Below are positions 37,662 to 48,042 of a stretch of 64,000 bases of DNA, one piece after another. Made by a program: the position numbers and the translations under genes. Each line of letters begins with the position of its first letter. The first letter of the stretch is position 1. The notes below the pieces were generated by a model, which was not told where the DNA came from, did no database searches, and saw only the letters and a program-made list of their open reading frames with translations. Source of the DNA: a virus. The DNA is taken from positions 60,677-124,676 of IMG/VR virus record IMGVR_UViG_3300026544_000001. One strand, given 5' to 3'.

Positions 37662-39384
37662 TAATAAGGGGAAAGATATGAGTTTGTCAATAAGTTTTAA
37701 TGGTAACATAGTTGATTCTAATGAGGATGCTATTAATTGTAGGTATAAAGGGTATCATGTTGAACAGGATGAGTGGTCTGATTGGTATGATAGTAGTAAT
37801 GAGTATTATTCACTAGATTTAGGAGATAGTAGTTGGCTGACACAATACGGAAGTGTGAATAATCCTGGTGATAATATAGTTATAATATTCGAAACACTAG
37901 AAGAGGATCCGCTAGATAGACAATTTGGAATACTAAAATTGCAACTAAATAGTGATGACACATATATAATAGATGTACAACTTAGAGCCTGTTATGCCCC
38001 TACTATTGATAGTATGTGGGGATTATCTAGTGCTGTTGATGGTGCTACAACATTTGTAAATGCAGATGATAATGATACAGTAACATATATCGGTAGAGTT
38101 AATACTGATGAGTCTATAGTTGAATCTTTTACTGATGAAAAGTCATGGGACTATAATGGTACTACTATGTGGCATAAGATCATGGTAGGTAGTACAGATG
38201 TATTTGGTGATAGAGTAGGTATAGATACTAAAGAGTATGACTGGACAGAAGATGATGCCTTTGTTACAGATACTGTACATCAATATGACGCGATTAGTCA
38301 AACTGATGAAGATAAAGCACAAGAAGTTGAGGCTAAAGTAACTAACTTAAAAGGTCAAGTAGTAACAAGCATTAAAAAACTACAAATTAGATATAACACA
38401 CCTGTTGCAGACATAACTTGGAGTCCTACAGTTCCTAGTATACTAGATACATTTACAGTAACTGGTGCTAATACTGATATAGATAGTAGAGTTATTGCAA
38501 TAAGCTACAAGTATGATGGTACAGAAGTAGATAATAACACTGAGTTAGACTACGAATGGACACAAGACCTAGGTGATACTTATGTAGTAGAAGGTCATAC
38601 AGTTAATACTGATGTATCATGGAATGATGGATTCAATGATTTTACAATAGCACATCAAGAGCATTTTAGTATGACTAACTTAGCTCCTAGTTTTACATTA
38701 ACTAAAGAAGTAGTAGGTGAAGAAGAGGATAATGACATTAAATTTACTTTAAGTGATCTAATTGATCCTGATGGTGATGATACTAAACTAGAAGCTAGAT
38801 GGGTAATAGAATATAAAGTGCCTTTTAGTAATGATTGGATAGTAGTTCAAGATGCAGGATACCCTGCTGAGGCTGATTTAGATCCTAAAGAATGGATATT
38901 TGAAACAGCTGGTGACTATAGAATTAGTACATATGTTAAAGATGAACATGGATTGGAAGCTACTCAAAATGTAGAAGTAACATTTGCTAGTGGTAGTAGT
39001 TGTGATGGTAGTGGTAAAATCAAACTAAATACTGAAGACGGTAAAGTTAGATGGCAGTTAATTAGTATACCTGTTAAAAATAAAAAAATTAAAGAGTACT
39101 TCGTAGATTGGTTAGATAGCAAGATTAAAGAGTACGATGATACTAAAGATGTAACAGATGTACTAGAAAGAGTTACTGCATACCCAGGTCAATTAGGTAA
39201 GGCATTAACATTTGTTCCTGGATCTACTCCTGAAGGAGCAGAAGGTAACTTCAGTATGGTAATGGAAGATGGAACTAATGTAAACGAGATACTAGGTTTC
39301 TGGTGTGCTATTAAAGACTATAAAAGCATCACAGACGGTGAAGACCTAGTGTTTGAATGGGCACAAGCAGATAGTGAAGCATAA
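37639..39384 (+). CDS. Virion protein with PKD/Ig-like domains
   Basis: N.AP.F...DPDGD...W...F.TAG.Y.I...V.DE.G PKD-like motif. Likely start is ATG at 37678. Confidence 0.6.
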   Translation: MSKFIKENNKGKDMSLSISFNGNIVDSNEDAINCRYKGYHVEQDEWSDWYDSSNEYYSLDLGDSSWLTQYGSVNNPGDNIVIIFETLEEDPLDRQFGILKLQLNSDDTYIIDVQLRACYAPTIDSMWGLSSAVDGATTFVNADDNDTVTYIGRVNTDESIVESFTDEKSWDYNGTTMWHKIMVGSTDVFGDRVGIDTKEYDWTEDDAFVTDTVHQYDAISQTDEDKAQEVEAKVTNLKGQVVTSIKKLQIRYNTPVADITWSPTVPSILDTFTVTGANTDIDSRVIAISYKYDGTEVDNNTELDYEWTQDLGDTYVVEGHTVNTDVSWNDGFNDFTIAHQEHFSMTNLAPSFTLTKEVVGEEEDNDIKFTLSDLIDPDGDDTKLEARWVIEYKVPFSNDWIVVQDAGYPAEADLDPKEWIFETAGDYRISTYVKDEHGLEATQNVEVTFASGSSCDGSGKIKLNTEDGKVRWQLISIPVKNKKIKEYFVDWLDSKIKEYDDTKDVTDVLERVTAYPGQLGKALTFVPGSTPEGAEGNFSMVMEDGTNVNEILGFWCAIKDYKSITDGEDLVFEWAQADSEA

Positions 39385-39394
39385 TAGGTAGTTA

Positions 39395-40093
39395 ATGTAC
39401 TCATTATCTATAAACGGAAAAGCTATAGGGAGTGGGAAGGTAATACTTACCAATACTTCCTGTGATTCTCAATATACTAGTGTATACGTAGATAATTACT
39501 ATTCAATAGAAGGTAAAGCTCCTTCTATTGGAAATGTGTTAGAATGTAACGTAGGTAATAATTCATTTGTGTATGTATACAATGGGGAAAGTACCATAGT
39601 AAAAGATATTAAGGACTATACAGAGACAGTTAAAGATATTAGTGTAGAAAAAGTTGGTATTAATAGATATAAGATAGAATCATCTGATAAAGCATTATAT
39701 GTTATATCTACTAATAATACAGATATCGTAGATACTACAGATATTAATACTAAGTTACAATTGGCTACTGTTATGTCATATAGTGGGTGTGAAATACAGT
39801 TTAAAACTACTGGTGTATTTAATATTAAAGTGTATATATTAGATAATGATAATTTCATATTGTATAGTAAGAAGCTTAATATTAATATTACATGTGAGTC
39901 AACTAACGAAGCTGTAGTAATAGAGAAAGAAGTTATCAAGTTTAATGATAGGATAATATTTGTAAGTGATTATAAGACAGTAAGTGGTGAAATAGAATTA
40001 ATAGAACCCACTGCTGATATAGCTCTGATAAATGGTAGTGCAGATATAGAATCTGGTGAAATTACTGCTGATATAGCAGTTATAGACATATAA
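39395..40093 (+). CDS. Hypothetical protein (beta-rich, likely virion)
   Basis: 232 aa ORF in the structural block. Confidence 0.5.
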   Translation: MYSLSINGKAIGSGKVILTNTSCDSQYTSVYVDNYYSIEGKAPSIGNVLECNVGNNSFVYVYNGESTIVKDIKDYTETVKDISVEKVGINRYKIESSDKALYVISTNNTDIVDTTDINTKLQLATVMSYSGCEIQFKTTGVFNIKVYILDNDNFILYSKKLNINITCESTNEAVVIEKEVIKFNDRIIFVSDYKTVSGEIELIEPTADIALINGSADIESGEITADIAVIDI

Positions 40094-40107
40094 TGAGGTG
40101 AATAAAT

Positions 40108-40707
40108 ATGGCAACTAATTTAAGTGATATAATAAGGCCTGCTGGAGATACTTATCCCAGCAAAACTACTATACGTATAAATGGTGTACCTATAGACTTA
40201 ACAGGATGGAATGTTGATGTTAGGTACAAAAAAGGTGCTGAAGAATACATAATAGATTGTGTTATTACTGATAATAAGAATGGCAGGGTTAACATATATC
40301 CACATGGTGTGAAAAAGATTGATCATGATGAGATACTTGACCCTAAACTATATATAACAAGTGAAAACATACTTCACATGCTCACTAAGTACTCAGATGG
40401 CAATGCTATTAATATAGGTATATTAGAGGATGGCACTATACTAAATAATGAGGAAGTTAGTGATCAGTTAAAAGAGATACATGCAAATGATGATACATAC
40501 ACTGTTCCTGATACTATAGGTGAAGTCCCTTTTGAAGATAAAGATCTATTAATAGCTAGGATGAAGAATCAAGTATGGGATGAAGACGAAGCAGGTGCTC
40601 AGTACCCATACTACTTAGTTAGATGGAAACAGTACCCCGATGGTTATGTAGAAGAGATGACACATGCTTCTGGTATGGTGAGATTAACATCAAGATTCCC
40701 TATTTAA
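40108..40707 (+). CDS. BppU-like fibre-anchoring protein
   Basis: I.R.AGDT.......NG.PIDLTG......K...C.ITD..NG.V motif. Confidence 0.55.
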   Translation: MATNLSDIIRPAGDTYPSKTTIRINGVPIDLTGWNVDVRYKKGAEEYIIDCVITDNKNGRVNIYPHGVKKIDHDEILDPKLYITSENILHMLTKYSDGNAINIGILEDGTILNNEEVSDQLKEIHANDDTYTVPDTIGEVPFEDKDLLIARMKNQVWDEDEAGAQYPYYLVRWKQYPDGYVEEMTHASGMVRLTSRFPI

Positions 40708-40715
40708 TGATTGTA

Positions 40716-40736
40716 TAAGCAGTTGTTAAGTATAAT
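40716..40736 (+). promoter_or_regulatory. Sigma70-type late promoter of the portal operon
   Basis: TAAG at 40716, then TTAAG-TATAAT (TATAAT at 40731-40736). AAGGA RBS follows. Confidence 0.55.
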
Positions 40737-40762
40737 CGGATAATAAATAGTTAAGGATAAAT

Positions 40763-42964
40763 ATGGCATTCGAAAAAGAAATAATAGATGGTGAACAATG
40801 TCGACTTACTAAATGGAAAAAAGAACCCAGCTTCAAAGACTTGTATGCTGACTATGATGAAGCTAGTAGTGATCAGGATAAGCAGGTAGAGAAGATACTA
40901 CAGTATAGAGTAGATATGGAAGGTGGTAAGCCACTACCTAAATCTATTCGTGACAGAGGTAAATCTACACAAAGACCATTAGTTATTCGTAAAGCTGCTG
41001 AATGGGCTTACCCTATTCTGGAAGAACCCTTTCTAAGTACTAGTAATATGTTTGTAGTTAATCCTAGAGGTAAGGATGATGAACAGAAGGCTAAGTTATC
41101 AAGCATATGGTTAAACTGGGTAATGAATACTAAGATAAGAAAGACTGATTTTATTGCTGAAATGGTAAGGACATTATACGATGAAGGTACTGTGTTAGTT
41201 AAAGATGGTTGGTTAGCTGAGTATGATGAAATAGAAGTTGAGTACATGGAACCTGTATATGCAAGCCCTGAAGAAAGTTACCAGATTATACAACAAAAAG
41301 TGCAAGTAGGTGAAATGAGTCAAGAAGAAGCTCAAGCTATGTTAGAAGCAGGGCAACCTGTACAGGTAGGGGAAGTTAAAAGAGTACGAATAGAAAATAA
41401 GCTGGTAGAGAATCATCCTATAGTGGAAGTAATAGATAATACTAATATAACAGTTGATCCATTATGTGATGGTGACATAGATAAAGCTAGATTCATTATA
41501 CATGAATACGAGACTGACTATGCTACACTTAAAGACCAGGAGTACGATGCAGAAACCGGTACAGGTATTTACAAGAATATAGATAATGTAGAGATTGGTG
41601 AAGGGGATGCTGATGAAGTGTATGAGTATAGAGATAATGTACCAACATTTGCATTCAAAGATAAACCTCGTAAGAAAGTTAAAGCTTGCGAATACTGGGG
41701 TTATTGGGACATACATGGTGATGGTACACTAACTGCTATAGTTGCTACTTGGATAGGTAAAACACTAGTTAGATTGGAAGAGAATCCATTTCCACATGGT
41801 GAGTTACCCTTTAGTGTAGCTACATATATGCCAAGAACTAAAGAGTTCTGGGGACAACCTGATGCTGAACTACTTAGAGAAAACCAAGAGACAATAGGTG
41901 TATACACTAGAGCTATGCAAGATCAAACTATAACTAATAGCTTAGGACAACAAATAGTTGATGAGACCTTATTTACTAGAGAGAGTCAATGGCAAGCATT
42001 CAATAAAGGGTTAAACGCTAGATCAAGAGCAGGAGCAAGTCCTGATTCAATGATATACAAAAGTAAAATACAGCCAATAGATAAATCAGCATTTGATATG
42101 TTAACATTACAAAGACAAGATGCTGAATCATTAAGTGGTCAAAAGTCCTTCGATAATGGTATATCAGGAAGTTCGTTAGGTAGTAGTGTAGGAGGAATAA
42201 AGACTGCTGATAATGCTATGACTAAACGTAAGCTAAGTGTACTAAGAAGGATTAGTGATAGCTTATTAGGTAGAATGGCTAGGCATATGTTAGCTAATGC
42301 TCAAGAGTTTGCTGAAGAAGAAATGATACTTAGATTAACTGATGGCGAATTCGTTAATGTGATGAAGCAAGATATCCAAATGGAATACGATCTTAAGGTA
42401 GAGATTAATACGCCCGAAAAAGAAGAAGCTATAAGTAATAAGATAGCATTTATGTTACAAACTACTATGCAGTCTATGCCATTTGACTTTACTAAAGTTA
42501 TGCTGAAAAGATGGGCCAGAGTCAATAAAATGCCAGATGTTGAAAAAGATATAGATGAGATACAACCTCCTGGACCTACTCCAGAAGAACAACAGATGCA
42601 ACAAATGCAGATGGAGAAGATGAGACTAGATCTAGAAACAGCCCAAATGCAAAATGAAAAGATAAAAGCTGAGATAATGAAACTATACAGTGATAAAGAT
42701 AGAAACGATGCACATACATATGAAGCTATGCATAGGATGGACTTAAATAGTGAGAAGTTACAAAGTGAGGCTCGATTAAAAGCTGCGCAGGCAGATAAGA
42801 TAGAAAGCGAAACAGATATGTTGGATGCTGAGTTTATAGATCATCAAACTGGTAGTAAGAGGCAAAGAGAAGTAGAAGATCAAGAGTACAAAGCTAATGT
42901 GGACTTGATGAAACAACAACTAAATAAAAAAGGAATGAACGATGGAAGAACAACAAGTAAGTAA
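40763..42964 (+). CDS. Portal protein, N4-like
   Basis: 733 aa. LT.WK.EPS...L..D, P..IRK.AEW.YP.L.EPFL, EYWGYWDIHGDG.L..IVATWIG.T..R.EENPFP...LPF motifs as recalled for the N4 gp59 family. Confidence 0.9.
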   Translation: MAFEKEIIDGEQCRLTKWKKEPSFKDLYADYDEASSDQDKQVEKILQYRVDMEGGKPLPKSIRDRGKSTQRPLVIRKAAEWAYPILEEPFLSTSNMFVVNPRGKDDEQKAKLSSIWLNWVMNTKIRKTDFIAEMVRTLYDEGTVLVKDGWLAEYDEIEVEYMEPVYASPEESYQIIQQKVQVGEMSQEEAQAMLEAGQPVQVGEVKRVRIENKLVENHPIVEVIDNTNITVDPLCDGDIDKARFIIHEYETDYATLKDQEYDAETGTGIYKNIDNVEIGEGDADEVYEYRDNVPTFAFKDKPRKKVKACEYWGYWDIHGDGTLTAIVATWIGKTLVRLEENPFPHGELPFSVATYMPRTKEFWGQPDAELLRENQETIGVYTRAMQDQTITNSLGQQIVDETLFTRESQWQAFNKGLNARSRAGASPDSMIYKSKIQPIDKSAFDMLTLQRQDAESLSGQKSFDNGISGSSLGSSVGGIKTADNAMTKRKLSVLRRISDSLLGRMARHMLANAQEFAEEEMILRLTDGEFVNVMKQDIQMEYDLKVEINTPEKEEAISNKIAFMLQTTMQSMPFDFTKVMLKRWARVNKMPDVEKDIDEIQPPGPTPEEQQMQQMQMEKMRLDLETAQMQNEKIKAEIMKLYSDKDRNDAHTYEAMHRMDLNSEKLQSEARLKAAQADKIESETDMLDAEFIDHQTGSKRQREVEDQEYKANVDLMKQQLNKKGMNDGRTTSK

Positions 42965-43385
42965 TCAGGTACCCTATGTACCTCATCCAGCAACTGCTGA
43001 CAAGAATGCTCAAATGGCAAGTCAAGCTATTCAAGAGAATACACAGCTTAAAGCGGCTTTGATGAATGAGAGAACAGCACATCAACAAAATATGCGACAG
43101 ATTGGTAATCAATATGAGGCAGATGTACAAGCTGCTCATGATGTAGGTATACAAAAAGGTATGATGGCGGGACAACAACAAGACATGCAAGAACAACCAG
43201 GAATAGCTGAACAAGTTATACAAGCAGCACAGCAAGGTATACCAATAACTCCTGATGATGCTAGAATGGCAGCGGAAGAATTACTAGCTAGTGGTATGAG
43301 TTCTGAAGAGGTTGATCAACTAATGCAGCAAATACCGATAAAGCAGCCACAGCAAGCTTCTACCGATAATAAATACTCTATGTAG
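42942..43385 (+). CDS. Gln-rich hypothetical protein
   Basis: AAGGA RBS. Q/A/M-rich, 147 aa, between the portal and the gp58-like gene. Confidence 0.55.
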   Translation: MEEQQVSNQVPYVPHPATADKNAQMASQAIQENTQLKAALMNERTAHQQNMRQIGNQYEADVQAAHDVGIQKGMMAGQQQDMQEQPGIAEQVIQAAQQGIPITPDDARMAAEELLASGMSSEEVDQLMQQIPIKQPQQASTDNKYSM

Positions 43386-43386
43386 G

Positions 43387-43419
43387 TTAAGATACAGTTA
43401 AGTACTAATATAGTAAAAT
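43387..43419 (+). promoter_or_regulatory. Putative promoter
   Basis: TTAAG at 43387 and 43398. TAAAAT at 43414. Confidence 0.4.
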
Positions 43420-43506
43420 AGCAACGTGACCAATAAAGCTGATGTCTGAAATCTCTGCTTAATAATGGCAATGTGCATAGCATACCCAATAAACTAAGGA
43501 TAGGCA

Positions 43507-43920
43507 ATGGTTGAACAAACTAACCGAACAAAAGAGTTAGAAGCTGTAGATGCTTCAATTAAGCAATTAAGACTAGAAAAAGAAAGTCTTATAGAACAAA
43601 AGAATGTAGCTGACGCTATAGTAAGATTAGAATCTAATGAAGATTATAAGTTAGCTATAGAAAAAGCATTCATAGAAACTGAAACTAAGTCAATAATGGA
43701 TATGTTAGCTGGTGATGATTTCGTAACTAATGAAACTGAAGATGCTCTAAATAGTGCATTAAGAGTTATCAGAGGGTTCAGATCATTTATTAAGAACTAC
43801 AAAGATAGTTGTGCTAATATAGATAGTCAAATTACTGCTAAAGATGGAATGCTAAAAGATGAAATAGCTTATAGGGATTCTGTTTATAAAGGTGAAGTAG
43901 ATTTAGGAGATAGTGAATAA
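43507..43920 (+). CDS. N4 gp58-like coiled-coil protein
   Basis: Position after the portal, and an A..RL..N.D.K..I...F motif. Confidence 0.6.
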   Translation: MVEQTNRTKELEAVDASIKQLRLEKESLIEQKNVADAIVRLESNEDYKLAIEKAFIETETKSIMDMLAGDDFVTNETEDALNSALRVIRGFRSFIKNYKDSCANIDSQITAKDGMLKDEIAYRDSVYKGEVDLGDSE

Positions 43921-45284
43921 TGAGTGCTTATGAGGAACTACAGGCTTTAATGTCAGGGGAAAAGAAGCTAGAAGCTATAGAGGAAGATTTCCAACCAGCT
44001 GATGAGGATGGTGAAGAGATTGAACGAGATATAAACTATGAGGACACAGAGGGTCAAGAAACTGAAGATGTTGATGATGCGGAACCGAATGATGAGAGTG
44101 ACGACGATGATCAGGATAACGAAGAAGGCACTACAGAAGAAGATTCAGAAAACACTCAAGTAGATGATGATAGTGAAAAGTCAGAAGATGATGAATCTAC
44201 TGATGATAACGATGAGGCAGACACGAATGATACTAATGAAGCAGATGGTGACGGTCAGACTGCAGAAGAAGATCAGGAAACTGAAGAAGTTGACTATGAG
44301 AAGTTAAAGTCAGATTACGAGAAGCTACAAGCTGATTATGATAAGACTAAAGCGTTCTACGACAAAGTTACTAGCGACTTTAAAGCAAGTGGCACAATGG
44401 TAAAAGGTATTGATGATCCTGAAAAGATTAGACAGATGATTTCTATGGGACAAAACTATGGAGAAAAAAATGCTGCTCTCAAGCCATATAGACCATTTCT
44501 AAAAACACTTAAAGAATTAGGTGTGATAGAGAAACCAGAGCTGTTTGACTATGCAATAGACATCCTTAAAAAAGATAAAAATGCTATCAAACATGCTGTA
44601 AAAGACAGTGGTATAGATACTGATGAGTTGCTAGAACTAGAGAGTAATGAAGTTAATTACACTCCTAGTGTACATAGAGAATCACAAGCTGAGATAGTGT
44701 TAGATGACCTAATGGATACAGCAAGAGTTCAAGGTATAGATGCTAAATTCACTACGGAATTAGGAGATAAGTGGGCGAAAGACAATAGTCTTAATGACAT
44801 ACTTGAAAATCCTGAAAAAGGTGCAGCTATTATAAGTCACATGAGTCAAGTTAATGAAGATGGTTCTACTGTATATGATGAAATAATGAGTAGAGTTGTT
44901 CAGAATAGAATGACAGATCAATATGGAACATATGCGAATAAGCCGTTAGTTAAACAATATGAAGAAGCAGGAGCTCAGTTACAAAGTGAGTATCAAGAGC
45001 AAACTCGTATACAACAACTTGAACAAGTGAAAGTAAATCAGCAAAAAGTAAATGCTGAAAAAGCTAAGATAGCTGCACAAAGAGAGGCAGAAGAGTATAG
45101 AATAAAAGCTGAACAAGAGAAGAAAAAAGTAGAAGAAGCTAGAAAGAAAGCTGCAAGTTTTAGTAAACCTAAACCAAAGAAAAAACCAAAGAAAAGCTTT
45201 GACCCGATAGAAAAAAGTCAAGAACTAGTTGGTGATGATTTGATGGAATACTTTAATAAGAGTATCTTAGGTAGAGGCTACTAA
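43920..45284 (+). CDS. N4 gp57-like scaffold/'tape measure' protein
   Basis: Acidic disordered N-terminus, then FKA.G.......PE..RQ...MG.NY..K...LKP. Directly precedes the capsid gene. Confidence 0.75.
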   Translation: MSAYEELQALMSGEKKLEAIEEDFQPADEDGEEIERDINYEDTEGQETEDVDDAEPNDESDDDDQDNEEGTTEEDSENTQVDDDSEKSEDDESTDDNDEADTNDTNEADGDGQTAEEDQETEEVDYEKLKSDYEKLQADYDKTKAFYDKVTSDFKASGTMVKGIDDPEKIRQMISMGQNYGEKNAALKPYRPFLKTLKELGVIEKPELFDYAIDILKKDKNAIKHAVKDSGIDTDELLELESNEVNYTPSVHRESQAEIVLDDLMDTARVQGIDAKFTTELGDKWAKDNSLNDILENPEKGAAIISHMSQVNEDGSTVYDEIMSRVVQNRMTDQYGTYANKPLVKQYEEAGAQLQSEYQEQTRIQQLEQVKVNQQKVNAEKAKIAAQREAEEYRIKAEQEKKKVEEARKKAASFSKPKPKKKPKKSFDPIEKSQELVGDDLMEYFNKSILGRGY

Positions 45285-45307
45285 TAAAACAAAATTAAGG
45301 AAATAAG

Positions 45308-46705
45308 ATGAGTAATCAAACAACAATGTTCAATCAAGGTGGAATAACTTCAAGTACAATAGACAGACAGTTTACACCAGAGTTCGTAAGTAAAGCAATA
45401 GTGGAAATGCCTGCTAGACAGACAGTATTCTTAGATAGAGGTAATAGAGATAATCAACCAGATAACCATGGTGATACATTTACTATGGAAGTTAGATTTC
45501 CTGTACTTAATAAAGGTAATATGATAGATGGCGGTATTGATGCATTAGGTGCATTATATTTAGGTAATGAATGGTACTCAATCAATGCTGATGGTTCATT
45601 AAAGAATACGTTTAGAGCCGATAGCTATATGGTTAATGGTGAAAAAACATATGAAGAAGCTGTAGCTGCTGCTAAGGCTGATGCAGAAGCGGATAAACCT
45701 GCTGACGGTAAAATTGCTTCTGGTGCTGGTTCTATTAGAAATGGACAAAATTCATTATTAGTTGATAAAGGTGGAATTACTCCAATCCCTGAAACTGGTG
45801 GTCAAATGAATGAAGTTAATGGTTCGAGTAAAATGGTATCTGCTAAGGTTGATACATTTGGTATGAATACTAAATATACAGTTAAAGGTACTAAATTAGA
45901 TTCTAGACCAAGACTAATTGGCAGAGCTATTGAAGATTTAGGTAGAGCTAGAAAAGAAGCTCAAGAAGGCCAAGCTAGAGCAAGTGTTATTGCTGCTGCT
46001 GAATTAAATAGAATGTGTGCGTCTGCTGATGGTGTATGTCCAGCTGAGCTAGACGGTTACGATACATTAAACTATGAAGTATTTGAAGCTTGGGAGCAAG
46101 ATTTACAAAATGCAGAAATCCCATTACAAACTATGATAGTTAGTGGTTCAACTAAAATTGATACTAAAATTATTGATGGGGCATATATAGTTTATATTAA
46201 TAAAGAGCTGGTACCTACATTAAGAAAGATCAAAGGACCAGATGGTACTACAATTTGGACACCAGTATCTAAGTACACAGAAAGAAGCGGAACTAAAGAA
46301 TGGAATGGACTTCATGGTGAGGTTGGTGCATTAGATGGTTTACCGTTTAGATTCGTTGTAGTTCAAGACATGCCAGTTCTTAAGGGGCAAGGTGAAGAAG
46401 TTGGTGGTGATAATGATGCTGCTAAAGATGATGATGCTGTTAAAGCTAGAGCGTACAAAACACTTAATGCTGCTGGAGATAAAGCATACTATGATATATT
46501 CCAACTAATAGTTGTTGGTGATGATTGTTATACTACATTATCATATAACTGGGGTAACGTTCAAGCTGAACATGTTAAACCTCAAAGAGATTTAGTTAAT
46601 GATATCTATAAAACTAGAGGAGCTATTGTTACTCAATGGAGTTATGGCTTCTTAGCATATAGACCAGAAAGACTAAGAGCACTTGCTTGTAGTTGTGGTA
46701 GATAG
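45308..46705 (+). CDS. Major capsid protein, N4-like
   Basis: GIDA.G, P.I.E.GG..N.V, GSTKIDTK.I..AY..Y, GEVG....FRFVVV..M, YDIF...VVGDD...T, G.....W.YGF...RPERL motifs as recalled for the N4 gp56 family. Confidence 0.9.
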   Translation: MSNQTTMFNQGGITSSTIDRQFTPEFVSKAIVEMPARQTVFLDRGNRDNQPDNHGDTFTMEVRFPVLNKGNMIDGGIDALGALYLGNEWYSINADGSLKNTFRADSYMVNGEKTYEEAVAAAKADAEADKPADGKIASGAGSIRNGQNSLLVDKGGITPIPETGGQMNEVNGSSKMVSAKVDTFGMNTKYTVKGTKLDSRPRLIGRAIEDLGRARKEAQEGQARASVIAAAELNRMCASADGVCPAELDGYDTLNYEVFEAWEQDLQNAEIPLQTMIVSGSTKIDTKIIDGAYIVYINKELVPTLRKIKGPDGTTIWTPVSKYTERSGTKEWNGLHGEVGALDGLPFRFVVVQDMPVLKGQGEEVGGDNDAAKDDDAVKARAYKTLNAAGDKAYYDIFQLIVVGDDCYTTLSYNWGNVQAEHVKPQRDLVNDIYKTRGAIVTQWSYGFLAYRPERLRALACSCGR

Positions 46706-46706
46706 T

Positions 46707-46798
46707 AATTAGGATTCGCACCTAATTCGTTCAGGTCTAAGTAATTCTTAAGACCTGTTACAGTATATTACCTTTATCGATAAATAGGTAAAGGTAAT
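46707..46798 (+). other. Three consecutive stem-loops downstream of the capsid gene
   Basis: AATTAGG/CCTAATT, CAGGTCT-AAG/CTT-A-AGACCTG and ATTACCTTTATC/GGTAAAGGTAAT. Confidence 0.6.
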
Positions 46799-46934
46799 TA
46801 TATGAAACTTATAAAACTAACACAATCAAAAGAACTTATCGCAGACAATAAATAATCTCATTGTAAAATACTAATATTAATATAAGAGTAATATAAGCTA
46901 GTTAAGTGTACAATACGATACAAATAAACTAAAT

Positions 46935-47552
46935 ATGGCAATGCTCAATAGAGTAACCAAAGGAGAAATAATGACATTAACTGGAAATGAAACTAAAAAA
47001 GATTTACTTAAAATAGCAACTAAGTTAGAAATCACTGAAGTAAATGAGAAAACTAAGAATGATGATATCATAGAATTAATTAAAGCACATGCGGACTATG
47101 AAGAAGAGTATGTACCTACATTAGATGAATTAGATGATGAAGATGTTCCTGGTATAGTTAAAACACCTACAGGTAATATTATAGAAAAGACTACTAGCAG
47201 ACGTGAAGATAAGCAACTATTCAATGAAGCTACTGTTAAAGCGATCATTACTGATCATGATAATACTGTTACAATAGAAAATGATCAAGAAGGTCGACTA
47301 TTCTCATTCAGTTGGGGTAATATGTATAGTGGAGTTATACAAGAGAAAGTTAGAGTTGACGGACATGCTACTCCGATAAGTAGAGGAGGTATACGACACT
47401 TAGAGACTATTAAGATACCTCAAAATTATACAGGTACTGATGGTAAACCTAAAGTTAGAATGGTTAAAAGATTTACTATAAATGTAGTGGATGGTTGGAC
47501 TCCTGAGCAATTACAAGAGTTAAAGAAAAAACAACTAGCAGTTATGGAGTAA
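46935..47552 (+). CDS. N4 gp55-like protein
   Basis: Follows the capsid gene. V...IT......G..F...GN...G....V...F.I.V....TPEQL.EL...Q pattern. Phased TAAG and TACAAT promoter at 46883-46914. Confidence 0.7.
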   Translation: MAMLNRVTKGEIMTLTGNETKKDLLKIATKLEITEVNEKTKNDDIIELIKAHADYEEEYVPTLDELDDEDVPGIVKTPTGNIIEKTTSRREDKQLFNEATVKAIITDHDNTVTIENDQEGRLFSFSWGNMYSGVIQEKVRVDGHATPISRGGIRHLETIKIPQNYTGTDGKPKVRMVKRFTINVVDGWTPEQLQELKKKQLAVME

Positions 47553-47555
47553 TAG

Positions 47556-48038
47556 ATGGCAACTATAGTAGTTAACACTGGAATAGAAATAGAGTTTAGT
47601 ACACTAATAGATGCTACTAGCACTAATAGTATTATAGTTGGAGCTAGTGAAAAGAACTACGCTCTTACTGTAGAAAGTGCTAATAGAATGAGCATAACTA
47701 GAGGTCATTTGTATGATGAAGTAGACACTGATACAGATAATGATAGAGTAGTGTATACCGCTCCTGTTACTAATATGTCTCCTACTACTGATGGTAAAAT
47801 AGCTATCAAGCATACATTCGCAATTGCTGGTAGATATACTGTTAAGTTGTGTATCATACAAAATCCTGATATTGAGATAAATGATGATGACTCAGCTAAT
47901 ATCTTAACAGATAAACTATACGAAGAAGTACTTATTCCAATAATAACTACTACAGTACAAGTTAACGATTCAATTACTTCTGTACAACTTGAAGAAGTGA
48001 TTAATGATAGTCTATTCAAAGATCTAGAGTTGGAGTAG
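47556..48038 (+). CDS. Hypothetical virion protein (Ig-like)
   Basis: HTF..AG.Y.V.L PKD-like motif. Confidence 0.45.
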   Translation: MATIVVNTGIEIEFSTLIDATSTNSIIVGASEKNYALTVESANRMSITRGHLYDEVDTDTDNDRVVYTAPVTNMSPTTDGKIAIKHTFAIAGRYTVKLCIIQNPDIEINDDDSANILTDKLYEEVLIPIITTTVQVNDSITSVQLEEVINDSLFKDLELE

Positions 48039-48042
48039 TAAT

